NCBI RefSeq assembly: GCF_006345805.1
Contig: NC_042997.1
Coordinates: forward strand, 122,760,001 to 122,824,000
Source: Octopus sinensis
Taxonomy: Eukaryota
Length of the DNA: 64,000 nucleotides
Reading direction: 5' to 3'
The translations under genes were made by a program, and so were the position numbers. Below the pieces are notes generated by a model. It was not told the DNA's origin and ran no database searches. It saw nothing but the letters and a program-made list of their open reading frames with translations. Below, one piece after another: positions 1 through 11,522 of the stretch (the first letter of the stretch is position 1; the number at the start of each line of letters is the position of its first letter).

Positions 1-99
1 TTCTTAGATAATGATAAGAACATGTTAAAAACAGATATTTCCTTGTAAACTGTTTTTAACATTTCCTTATTATTATCAAATGCGGTCATAATTATATCT

Positions 100-400
100 A
101 TATTAGTGTTTTATATAGTAACATAAGCCTTTCTAAACTGGTACACAGTTTCTATTCTGTGTCCTAAAAATTTATGTTAGCTCTATAAACAACACCAAGT
201 CCGCAACGGTTTTCCGGGATTGCAAACGCATACGCTTCAAGGTGTGTGTTAGTAATCCGATTGTTGGTCCATGATATACAGCATTGGTTATCAATATTAC
301 ATGGTCTTCTGCTGTTATACGTTCAACCTTTCATCTGATGGTACGCTACTGTTGCGTCATGCGATATCTTTGGGAATGTATTCAAGGTTATCAGACAAGG
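100..400 (-). pseudogene. possible highly decayed CR1/L2-type reverse transcriptase fragment
   Basis: Manual minus-strand translation gives NIDNQCCISW...(E)TVADLGVV (needs frameshift repair)...LMLLYKTLI, resembling the late-RT pattern FNxxKC...DLGV...LLYKTL; stops present. Confidence 0.3.
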
Positions 401-466
401 AATATTGTCCCAGGAGCTACTTTCCAACTTTCATGATGTTATCTACCTAGTGTGTGCAGGCTTCTC

Positions 467-467
<1 letters not shown>

Positions 468-497
<30 letters not shown>

Positions 498-689
498 TGT
501 ATGTATGTATGTATGTATGTATGTATGTATGTATGAATGTATTTATGCATGTTGCATGTATGTATCAGTATGTATGGTGTGCATATATATATATCCCCAC
601 GCATGCACAAGCATACACAAACACACGCACATACACATATATGCATATATATTTATGTATTTATCTATATATGTATGTATGCATGAATG

Positions 690-725
<36 letters not shown>

Positions 726-750
726 CGTGTGAGTGTGTGCGTGTGTGTGT
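468..750. repeat. compound microsatellite (TATG)n/(TA)n/(TG)n
   Basis: Direct reading. Confidence 0.95.
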
Positions 751-998
751 ACCTGGTGTTCGCTGAATTTTATCTGGAGAACATTCTTTCTTTGTAGTTA
801 GATCGTATGTGATCTTCTAACGTATTGGTTATCCACCTAGTGGTTTATCCCTAAATATACACATGTATTGAAACTTTTTCTGATTTTTCAGATTTGTTAT
901 ATATGCTAGGTTATTGGTTTTAAATTGATATTAATTAAATTAATATTCAATTTATCTCCCTCATTATTTAAATATAAGCTTAAGTAATACTTTATATC

Positions 999-1189
999 TA
1001 GGGTTCAGCAAAGATTTGCTTCACCACATACCGAATGTTAGAAATAGCAGTCAAAAAATCTTAGCTATTCCTTCTACTTTAAAGGGGCTCTGCTGGGAGC
1101 CTCTTTTAAAGTAGAAGGAATAGCTAAGATTTTTTGACTGCTATTTCTAAAATTCGGTATGTGGTGAAGCACATCTTTGCTGAACCCTA
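999..1189. mobile_element. foldback MITE, ~90-bp near-perfect arms, TA at both ends
   Basis: TA-gggttcagcaaagat...ctttaaaggggctc / gagcctcttttaaag...atctttgctgaaccc-TA with a 6-nt loop; related half copy at ~63015-63110. Confidence 0.85.
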
Positions 1190-1213
1190 ATTATAATATA
1201 TATATATATATAT

Positions 1214-2588
1214 ATAACAAAAGGGACATTAGCCATTTGAATGTGGCTAGGGACAGGGCAGGGCGGTGGGGGTGTTACTGTTGCATTTAGCCCCAGGCGA
1301 ACATCACGTCACCAGCAAGGCTTGACACCATCACGGCGTCCTCTATCCTGCAAAGGGAGATCATCCACCGAAGAAGCGGAAGCCACATACGGACCCAGGT
1401 TTCGAGGTGTTTGCCTCTCGTCAACGTATGGTAGGCACCGCCCTTCGACGAACGACTCTCTGTGCAGGATATTTATATATAGATTTTCACGTAAATACAT
1501 TTACTGATTTCGAAAATCTGTTCTACAGCAATAATAATTCTCTAAACGAGACATAGACAGTAACTGCTCCATAACAAAAGGGACATTAGCCATTTGAATG
1601 TGGCTAGGGACAGGGCAGGGCGGTGGGGGTGTTACTGTTGCATTTAGGCCCAGGCGAACATCAACGTCACCAGAAAGGCTTGACACCATCACGGCGTCCT
1701 CTATATTGCAAAGGGAGATCATCCACCGAAGAAGCGGAAGCCACATACGGACCCAGGTTTCGAGGTGTTTGCCTCTCGTCAACGTATGGTAGGCACCGCC
1801 CTTCGACGAACGACTCTCTGTGCAGAATATTTATATATAGATTTTCACGTAAATACATTTACTGATTTCGAAAATCTGTTCTACAGCAACAATAATTCTC
1901 TAAACGAGATATAGACAGTAACTGCTCCATAACAAAAGGGACATTAGCCATTTGAATGTGGCTAGGGACAGGGCAGGGCGGTGGGGGTGTTACTGTTGCA
2001 TTTAGCCCCAGGCGAACATCAACGTCACCAGAAAGGCTTGACACCATCACGGCGTCCTCTATCCTGCAAAGGGAGATCATCCACCGAAGAAGCGGAAGCC
2101 ACATACGGACCCAGGTTTCGAGGTGTTTGCCTCTCGTCAACGTATGGTAGGCACCGCCCTTCGACGAACGACTCTCTGTGCAGGATATTTATATATAGAT
2201 TTTCACGTAAATACATTTACTGATTTCGAAAATCTGTTCTACAGCAATAATAAGTCTCTAAACGAGATAGAGACAGTAACTGCTCCATAACAAAAGGGAC
2301 ATTAGCCATTTGAATGTGGCTAGGGACAGGGCAGGGCGGTGGGGGTGTTACTGTTGCATTTAGCCCGGCGAAACATCAACCGTCACCAGAAAGGCTTGAC
2401 ACCATCACGGCGTCCTCTATCCTGCAAAGGGAGGTCATCCACCGAAGAAGCGGAAGCCACATACGGACCCAGGTTTCGAGGTGTTTGCCTCTCGCCAACG
2501 TATGGTAGACACCGCCCTTCGACGAACGACTCTCTGTGCAGGATATTTATATATAGATTTCACACGTAAATACATTTACTGATTTCGA
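1214..2588 (+). repeat. tandem array of a 357-358-bp unit (three full copies and one partial)
   Basis: ataacaaaagggacattagcc recurs at 1214, 1571, 1929 and 2287; copies nearly identical. Confidence 0.98.
1250..1272 (+). other. G-quadruplex motif, present in every copy of the 358-bp unit
   Basis: GGG-aca-GGG-ca-GGG-cggt-GGGGG. Confidence 0.7.
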
Positions 2589-2862
2589 GGGGCGGTGCCT
2601 ACCATACGTTGACGAGAGGCAAACACCTCGAAACCTGGGTCCGTATGTGGCTTCCGCTTCTTCGGTGGATGATCTCCCTTTGCAGGATAGAGGACGCCGT
2701 GATGGTGTCAAGCCTTTTTGGTGACGTTGATGTTCGCCTGGGGCTAAATGCAACAGTAACACCCCCACCGCCCTGCCCTGTCCCTAGCCACATTCAAATG
2801 GCTAATGTCCCTTTTGTTATGGAGCAGTTACTGTCTATGTCTCGTTTAGAGAATTATTATTG

Positions 2863-2864
<2 letters not shown>
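2585..2864 (-). repeat. inverted partial copy of the 358-bp unit
   Basis: Reverse complement of ~1527-1805; junction at a shared TCGA; followed by (TA)n. Confidence 0.97.
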
Positions 2865-2900
<36 letters not shown>

Positions 2901-3649
2901 GTATACTCAGCAATACCAACGAAAAGGCACTGGGCACAAATGTATGTTGGAAAATAATTCAGGTGTCTAAGTATGAGCAGCCTCTCCCATAATTACAATA
3001 AGATAATTTTATATAAGAACAGTTATATGAAGAACTCCTACGAGAAAAAGTAAAAAAGACGTAATAATGTCTTATGGTTATAAATAGATTGAAAGAGATA
3101 TGATCTAAGAAAATAAAAAGAATGAGAAGAGGAAAATACAAATAAGTTGCAGAGGAAGAATGTGAAGGAACCTCGCCTCCACTTTCACTGATGTAGAAAC
3201 TTATCTTCCAGTAGAGAGAATTAAAAACATAAAATCAACGCGAGTTCCTCGAGTTAAAATAATCAATTATATTTTCTTTATACTTTGACTTGTTGGAAAT
3301 AAGAGCAGCTAATCCTGTGAGCGAGCAAATCGATTTTTCAGTTTGTTTTTGCTATCAAGTTTAAAGTCATTCTGGATCAATGTCTTTAGCCCTGGCGCTT
3401 ATAGTTTTTGTGTCACTTCTCTTAAATTCCGATCCGCTTTCTCTCTGGTTGCATTTTAGTTTTAAAATGTATTGGTTTCTTTTGAAGTGTCATCCATATA
3501 TATACTATAGAACTAAGAAAGCGATTTTGTGAAATGGGAAAATTTCGAAGCCTATATGATAAAACTTTTATACACATTTCAACTTCCAGCGCAAATTCAA
3601 AACCGATGGTGAGCGTAATCTTATGGTAAAAATATTGCTTCTCAACATA

Positions 3650-3748
3650 GCGCCGGGTGCCACATTGTTCAATTGAACAAGTGTCTTCTGCTATAGCCAC
3701 AGGCTGACCAAAGCCTTGTGACTGGATTTCGTGGACGAAAACTGAAAG
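3650..3748 (+). mobile_element. SINE-A internal fragment
   Basis: caagtgtcttctgctatagc...aaactgaaaga matches the SINE at 4035-4436. Confidence 0.75.
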
Positions 3749-3814
<66 letters not shown>

Positions 3815-3834
3815 GTGTGTGTGTGTGTGTGCGC

Positions 3835-3865
<31 letters not shown>

Positions 3866-3866
3866 T
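3749..3866. repeat. alternating purine-pyrimidine tract (AT)n(GT)n(GC)n(GT)n
   Basis: Direct reading. Confidence 0.95.
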
Positions 3867-3920
3867 TCTCCTGGGCTACAAGCCACAGTAGCATCCACCC
3901 TTAGTGGTTAGCCACATTTA
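3863..3920 (-). repeat. dispersed repeat cassette related to the 358-bp unit
   Basis: Reverse complement reads aatgtggcta...gggtggatgctactgtggcttgtagcccaggagaacac. Confidence 0.7.
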
Positions 3921-4034
3921 GGTGAGAAATATACTTCACGTTGTCGTGCAGCCACTGATTATACCTCGTTCAGAGATTTATTATATATATACATATGAAT
4001 GTATCTATGTGTGCATGTCTTTACGTGTATGTTT

Positions 4035-4436
4035 AGGCGCAGGAGTGGCTGTGTGGTAAGTAGCTTGCTAACCAACCACATGGTTCCGGGTTCAGTCCCA
4101 CTGCGTGGCATCTTGGGCAAGTGTCTTCTGCTATAGCACCGGGCCAACCAATGCCTTGAGTGTGGATTTGGAAGACGGAAACTGAAAGAAGCCTGTCGTA
4201 TATATGTATATATATATGTGTGTGTGTTTGTGTGTATGTGTTTGTCCTCCTAGCATTGCTTGACAACCGAAGCTGGTGTGTTTACAACCCCGTCACTTAG
4301 CGGTTCGGCAAAAGAGACCGATAGAATAAGTACTGGGCTTACAAAGAATAAGTCCCGGGGTCGATTTGCTCGACTAAAGGCGGTGCTCCAGCATGGCCAC
4401 AGTCAAATGACTGAAACAAGTAAAAGAATAAAATAG
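4035..4436 (+). mobile_element. full-length tRNA-derived SINE (SINE-A)
   Basis: A-box-like tggctgtgtggt, B-box-like ggttcagtccc, internal microsatellite, tail ggcggtgctccagcatggccacagtcaaatgactgaaac; other copies in the window. Confidence 0.9.
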
Positions 4437-4945
4437 AAAAAAGAAAACCGCTTAACAACCGGTGTTGCTGTGTTTACGACCCCATGATTTAGTGTTTCTG
4501 CAAAAGAGACCGATAAAATAAATACCATACTTTAAAGAAACAAGTCTCTCACACGATTAAAATCCTTCAGCGTGGGTATCAGCATGGTTGCAGTGAATGC
4601 TTGTAGCGATGTATTAAATGTTCATAACTTCTGTCCAAGGATTATTGTTATCAATATTATTATAATGTGGAACCTACTTTATAAAGGTACAGTGCAATGC
4701 AGTTCCACCACAAAAAAATAAATAAATAAAAACAACTGGTTCACTAGTTATCATCATTTTAAAATGGCTGGCATAATAAAATAGGAGATTATTTTGCATA
4801 TATGTAAGTACGTATGTACGTACGTATGTATGTATGTATGTATGTATGTATATATTGCTTTAAATTTTAACAAATTCAAGATATGATAAATCTCTGAACG
4901 AGGTATAAACAGTAACAATACGACATCGTGAAGTATATTTACCCC

Positions 4946-5150
4946 TGAATGTGGCTAATCCTTAAGGGTGGATGCTACTGTTGCTTATAGCCCCAGGAGG
5001 ACACCTCCTCCAGCTTGCTATTGACACACTTTCTGTGCCCTATCGGTATTTGCAAAGCGAAGTCATCTTTGTCATCTCCAGCCTGACGTAATACACACGG
5101 AACCTAGTTTCTGGGTATTGATCCGTCATCTGCGCGTGACAGCCACCGGT
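4946..5150 (+). repeat. diverged dispersed homolog of the 358-bp unit
   Basis: Collinear blocks tgaatgtggcta, gctactgttgc..tagccccagg, ttgacac, tgcaaag, acggaacctagtttc. Confidence 0.75.
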
Positions 5151-5240
5151 TGGCGATGGAAGTGGTTCTTAATGCAAATATATATACTTTTTCCAGTGAC
5201 GAAATGTCACTGATCTCGTGTTCTCTACTACGTTTTTGTT

Positions 5241-6154
5241 ATATGCGTGTATATGTACATGTAAAGGTAGGTACGTACATATATGTTTGTATATATGCAT
5301 ATGTTTTATTTATTAATATATTATATGACGAAACGCACGCATCCCTTTTTAAGTAAGATTGTTCTTGATATTAAGTTTTGTTCTTGATATTAACTTTGAT
5401 GCGCACTCTTAACCTTTCTGTCCCATCCCTTTCTCAGCCTCCATTCTTTGATTTCCTTTTCCTCTACTTAACTTGTCTCTCCCTCTCTCTCATTCTTCAC
5501 TCTCTCTCTCTCCCCCTCTCTCATTCTTCATGGTTTCCTCACAACCATTCCCCTTCTTCTCTCCCTTTCTCTTACTCCTCCTCCCCCCTCCCGTCGTTGA
5601 CCCGCGACGAGACTTCCACTACTGTTTTTCTAGCCTAACCCTCTCGAGGTGTGGACGGCAATTCTTTTTGCTCCGTTTGTCGTTCACAAAAAAAAATCCG
5701 CGTTCGTAATACTTTTTTTCGTTCGGCGTTAACAGCCCTTCTTATCTTGTTTTTCCTTGTCGTCTTTTACTGTTTATAATTTGTACTGTCGTTACTGTCC
5801 TGTTTTTGTTACCATTTTTTACCCCTCTGCGAAAAGATCTCAAAATTTTAATTGAATTGCTTTTCGCAGGAAGGAAAGTTTCTTGTCGAAGATACGTCTC
5901 ACTTTCACCTTTGAAACGTAGAGTAGATGAAACCATAGCGACTGAAGAAGGGGTTTTTTCTTTGTGTTAATTGTCCTGTACTCTATTTTTTTGTTGTTTA
6001 AAAAAATGTCCAGTTCCTTGGGTTTGTGTCTATGTTTTCGTTTCTCATTGTGTTCGACCTCTTTTTGGTGTCCTGTACTCATATATGCGTGTATATGTAC
6101 ATGTAGAGGTAAGTACGTACATATATGTTTATATATATGCATATGTTTTATTTA

Positions 6155-6162
<8 letters not shown>
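5241..6162 (+). repeat. 80-bp direct repeats (5241-5320 and 6083-6162) bracketing ~760 bp
   Basis: atatgcgtgtatatgtacatgta...ttttatttattaatata occurs twice with few mismatches. Confidence 0.85.
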
Positions 6163-6222
<60 letters not shown>

Positions 6223-6233
6223 TATGTTTTATT

Positions 6234-6292
<59 letters not shown>

Positions 6293-6419
6293 TATGTGTG
6301 TATGTCTGTGTTTGTACCCCACGACTACTTGACAACAAGTATTGGTGTGATTACGTACCCTAAAACAACGGTTCGAAACGAGGTATTAATGGAAAAATAG
6401 CTGGCTTAGACACTAAATA

Positions 6420-7386
6420 CCTACCTCTCACTTTCTCTTTAACACCCACACACATATACTCACAACCTTCTAGTACACGCGTACTTGTAGATGTATACAA
6501 ACATGCAGAGACATATATAATACTTGGGGTCGATTCATTTAAGACGGTGCCACAGCATGACCACAGTCTCATGAATGAAACAAGTAAAAGATAAAAGATA
6601 TTTATACAATTATATAATTGTGTATACGTAATTTTATGTGTTCTTTTACAAGATTTTCTGTGTGCATGTGGTGGGTGTATATGGTTTTGTAAGCCCATGT
6701 ATGTATATATATTTGCATGAATATCGATGTATATATTCAGAATGTGACAAGTAAGACGTATATAAAATATGAAGAACAACACAACAATGAAAATGTTAAT
6801 TAAATTGTCGAATATCTTTTTTTTAAATGCACATTTTAAGATTAAATAAACTGCATCAACAAGACAATATTAGTACTATAAACAATGTATTTTCATCAAA
6901 ATGTACCCAAGTTGTATATACTAGAACGGCTCTGTAAGATAGAAATTGCTGATCCGAAACAAAAGCTAATCAATTATACGGAAAAAAAAATTGTCAGACA
7001 GATTTATATAGGAATTAAATAAACACCTCCCCACATCAAAGCACATTGAAGCTGTCAGCAAATATATAACGTGACAATAATCGAGTGAAATTATATTATA
7101 AAACTAATTACAGTGTTCTAATTAGGATAAGTATATACACAGAATCGTACACAACTACCCACTGTCAGACATTATGCAAACAATGTCTTCGCATGTTCAA
7201 ACTAAGCGTTGAAAGTATAAATCTATCAGTCTCAAAGGACCTGCGAATGGAATTGGAGCGGTTTCTATCTCTCCTGAGGAAATCATATCCTACCTCTCTC
7301 TTTCTCTTTAGCACACACACGCACGCATAGACTCACAACCTTCTAGTACACGCGTACTTGTAGATGTATACAAACATGCGAGGACA
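6420..7386 (+). repeat. two copies of a ~95-bp dispersed repeat (6420-6512 and 7289-7386)
   Basis: Shared ctcacaaccttctagtacacgcgtacttgtagatgtatacaaacatgc. Confidence 0.85.
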
Positions 7387-7644
7387 TTAATAATTTGATA
7401 TAATGAACTAGTATTTATCCATAACATTTAAACAAATTAATTATACATGTTTGTATTTTAATTAATTGTTCTATAAATGCTGACGCTTATGTTATAACTG
7501 TTGAAAGCTATAGACAGAAGTGAAAGAGCTGTGAAATATATTTAGATCTTACGCACACACACATATTTCTGTAGGATAATGGCTAACAATAAGACTGAGT
7601 ACACATCACTGTATTTGATGGATAAATAGTATTATTTGTTGATT

Positions 7645-7750
7645 AATAAACTACCAGTTGACTATTATTCTTAAGTCTCCTGGGGTGTGGTACAGCAGCA
7701 TGGCCGCAGTCAAATGACTGAAACAAGGAAAAGCAGAAGGATAAAAGAAT
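7645..7750 (+). mobile_element. SINE-A 3' tail fragment
   Basis: cagcatggccgcagtcaaatgactgaaacaag. Confidence 0.75.
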
Positions 7751-7763
7751 ACGTTTATATATG

Positions 7764-7862
<99 letters not shown>

Positions 7863-8074
7863 GCACACACACACATATATACAGATATATATGTGTGTGT
7901 GTGACCTTGTGTGTTTGTGCATACTGTTTTACAGCCACCGTTTTCTTACGAGTTTGTATATATGCCAACAATATTTTAAGTGTTAGTAAGCTTACGTATG
8001 TTTATATAGAGACAGGCAAACATACATAAAAACACGCGCACACTCACACCTACACCCACCGCCCCAATATATAT

Positions 8075-8345
8075 ATTCTATTCTTCTTCGTTTCAGTCAT
8101 TTGGATGTGTCCATGATGGAGGACCTCCTAAAAGAGTTATATTCGAAGAAATCGGCTCCATGACTCATTCTTTGTAAGCCTGGTACTCATTGTATAGGTT
8201 GTCTTGGCAGAACCGCTATGTTACGTGGACCTAAACATACCAGCATCGTTTGTGAAGCGACAGTTGGTGGAAGAAGCGAACACAAACATACACAATTACA
8301 CACAAACACACATATACGACGGTCAATGGCCTTGTGAGTGGATTT
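8075..8345 (-). mobile_element. decayed SINE-A, interrupted by a SINE-B insertion
   Basis: gtttcagtcatttg and ctttgtaagcctggtac match the reverse complement of SINE-A. Confidence 0.65.
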
Positions 8346-8359
8346 GACAGAAGGTGACC

Positions 8360-8775
8360 TATTTCTTTACTACCCACAAAGGGTTAAACACAGAGAGGAC
8401 AAACAAGGACAGACAATCGGATTAAGTCGATTATATAGACCCCAGTGCGTGACTGGTACTTATTTAATCGACCCCGAAAGGATGAAAGGCAAAGTCGACC
8501 TGGGCGGAATTTGAACTCAGAACGTAGCGGCAGACGAAATACCTATTTCTTTATTACCCACAAGGGGCTAAACATAGAGGGGACAAACAAGGACAGACAT
8601 AGGTATTAAGTCGATTACATCGACCCCAGTGCGTAACTGGTACTTAATTTATCGACCCCGAAAGGATGAAAGGCAAAGTCGGCCTCGGCAGAATTTGAAC
8701 TCACAACGTAAGGCAGACGAAATACCGCTAAGCATTTCGCCTGGCGCGCTAACGTTTCTGCCAGCTCGCCGCCTT
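8360..8775 (-). mobile_element. tRNA-derived SINE-B: full copy plus 5'-truncated tandem copy, with 19-bp target-site duplication
   Basis: Head ggcggcgagctggcagaaacgttagc...gagttcaaattc; flanks gatttg(a/g)cagaaggtgacc at 8341-8359 and 8776-8794. Confidence 0.9.
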
Positions 8776-9004
8776 GATTTGGCAGAAGGTGACCGTCTAC
8801 CAAATCCACTCAAAAAGATTTGAACGGCACAAGGCCATGCTAGAAAACATGCTGTGGAACTGAACTCGGAACCATATAGCAAACACCTTACCACAGATCC
8901 ACACACACACACACACATATATACATGCATATATATATGTGTATGTATATATATATGTATATATATATATATATGTTTATATATATATATGAGTGTGTGT
9001 ATAT

Positions 9005-9093
<89 letters not shown>

Positions 9094-9128
9094 GTTCTGT
9101 CTGGGGAGAGACGTTCTCTTTTGTTTTC

Positions 9129-9319
9129 TTATAATTTAACACACTCACCGGTAACATTTCTACGTATTTCTTTTTTAGTTTTCTAAAATTTTCGTTGCGT
9201 CTTCCAAACTTTCAAATAGTCTTCACTCACAAAACTATAGAAAAGACGCAATGGGAATTTTAGAAAAATGAAAAAAAGAAATAAGTGGAAATTTTACCGG
9301 TGGGTGAGTTAAATTATAA
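9129..9319. mobile_element. MITE with long imperfect terminal inverted repeats
   Basis: ttataatttaac...accggtaa...ttgcgtctt versus aagacgcaa...ttaccggt...gttaaattataa; partial copies near 11110-11200 and 41160-41200. Confidence 0.8.
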
Positions 9320-9400
9320 GGCACCAAAAGAGAATGACTCTACCCAGACGCAACAGAATATGCTTCAACACACGAACACACATAAAGAGTCTTGCAAACG

Positions 9401-9447
<47 letters not shown>

Positions 9448-9449
9448 TG

Positions 9450-9513
<64 letters not shown>

Positions 9514-9581
9514 AATATATATATATGCACAACACACACACACACATATATATATATTTACATATATATTTACATATATAT

Positions 9582-9645
<64 letters not shown>

Positions 9646-10234
9646 GTATATATTTATGTATGTATGGAAGTATGTATTTATATATGTGTTTGCATGTGTC
9701 TGCTTGAGTTTCATTGTGTGTGAAATTCAGGATCGTTAATGAATATGTACAACTGTAGAAAATGCAAGAAAATTCAAATCTGATTATATTCAAGAATATA
9801 TCTAATATTCTATAAACATTTCAAACGCTTTGTCTTATTACAAAGAGTAGTGCAGCATATAAGATTTTAGTGTATGTATTAAAGAAATACACAATATTTC
9901 TAAGATTAAATTAACAACAGGAAAGATTATAATATACCCATTTGAGGCAGTTACTCCTTAGTAATGCATAAGCTTGTGAATTAAATTTATAGAACCAGAT
10001 TTTGAGAATCTATTGTTTTCTGCTTACTTATAACTTCCGACCGATGCATTATTAGCAAAGTATTATAGAAGTGGTCTCTTTCTTTCCTTAACTCTGATTC
10101 AAATTATACAATGGCTTTCAAACGTTATTTACAAAATTTGCTACGTCAACGGTAATGATATTAAACTAACTTTCTCAGATGCCAACTGCTTGGATGGAGT
10201 GTAAATGATTTACGTGTTTCTGTATATAATACAC

Positions 10235-10830
10235 TTCCCTTTCAGAATTACAACTATTAGTGTTTTGTAGTTTAACTGTTCTTTCTAGTGAGTCAGATGT
10301 CCTATTATGGTCATCTCTTATGTGTTTAAATGTACACAGTATTTTTCTATGAATAATATATAGTCTATTGACTAATTTTTCCTTCTCGCTAGGCCACTGG
10401 TAGCATTTTCTTTTGCTACCCTAAGATTTATTAATTAATGATAAAAGGTATTTTGGCTAATTTTGAAAGAAAATTGGCACTTGAATATACTGTTGAATAA
10501 ACTGCGCGTGCGCGGTGGATTTTGAAAGATTATAACATATAAACACGAGGCATTTTCTTTATCGCCTCATATCTATATGCTAGCCTTGCCTTCCTACTGA
10601 TGTTGGCAACGCCAATTGTAAATTACAATTATTTTATTTTATTTGCAAAAGATTGCCGGAACTAGGCGTAGTCCAGGAAAGATAGGGTAAATGCTTTTAT
10701 TTTTAATTCCCTTTTAGAATTGCAACTATTAGTGGTTTGTAGTTTAACTGCTCATTCTGGTGAGTCAGATGTCCTATTATGGTCACCTCATATGTTTAAA
10801 TGTACTCTGCATTTTTCTATAATACAGTTA
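10235..10830 (+). repeat. dispersed repeat family: two overlapping-homology segments here and a third copy at ~24825-25195
   Basis: Shared gagtcagatgtcctattatggtca and ctgcgc..gcgcggtggattttgaaag blocks. Confidence 0.7.
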
Positions 10831-11489
10831 CATATAGACCCGCTGTCACAGTACACTCTAGTTCACTCACTCCAGTTGCGTGCGCTTTGACTGAGTTATC
10901 AACAGATTCTCCTATGTACAGCATTACGTCCTAGAGGAATATGATAAACATGTCTCTGGTCAAAAAATGATAGGAATAGAGTATCATATATGACCTACTT
11001 CTTTTGTCGAGTGTTGGTGTTCAGTTTCAGTGTATTAATTAATTACAGAAAACTGTATCTGTTACGTGTTTCTGCGTGTTTACGAACATGATTTTATGGT
11101 CAACATCATAAATGAACCCTCACTCAGCGGAAAAATTTCCACTTATTTCTTTTTTTATTTTTCTAACATTTTCCTTGCGTATTGCAACCTTTTTAATAAA
11201 TGAACCCAAGATTGCTTCAAAAGCATGGACCTGTGATAATCTCGTGTAGGTTCGTCACGTCTAAGCCGTTTCTCTTAAGAGTGTCTACTTCGGCCGTTCT
11301 TCAAAAACAGAAAGAAACTTGCAGCTATCATGACTATCATGAGTAAAATGCATAACTTTCATTTAGTTCCCTCTTATTGCGCATAAGTATTCAAATAGTA
11401 CACGTGCTGCTGTTTTGGGAATCAGTTTACATACGTCAGTTAAAAACTAAGAATTTAACATTTAAAAGGGACTCCTTCTTAAGATCTCC

Positions 11490-11522
<33 letters not shown>

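Noticed and set aside
1267-1329. HDV-like, pistol or twister ribozyme in the unit
   Set aside because: The order of helices loosely fits HDV, but loop L3 (UUGCAUU) lacks the required C and G and P1 is short; pistol GCG and twister L4 motifs are absent
1214-2864. CRISPR-like or satellite-with-spacer interpretation
   Set aside because: Units are identical along their full length, with no unique spacers and no cas genes
1241-2992. 60-127 aa ORFs within the 358-bp units
   Set aside because: Overlapping on both strands, broken by indels between copies, and no recognisable motif
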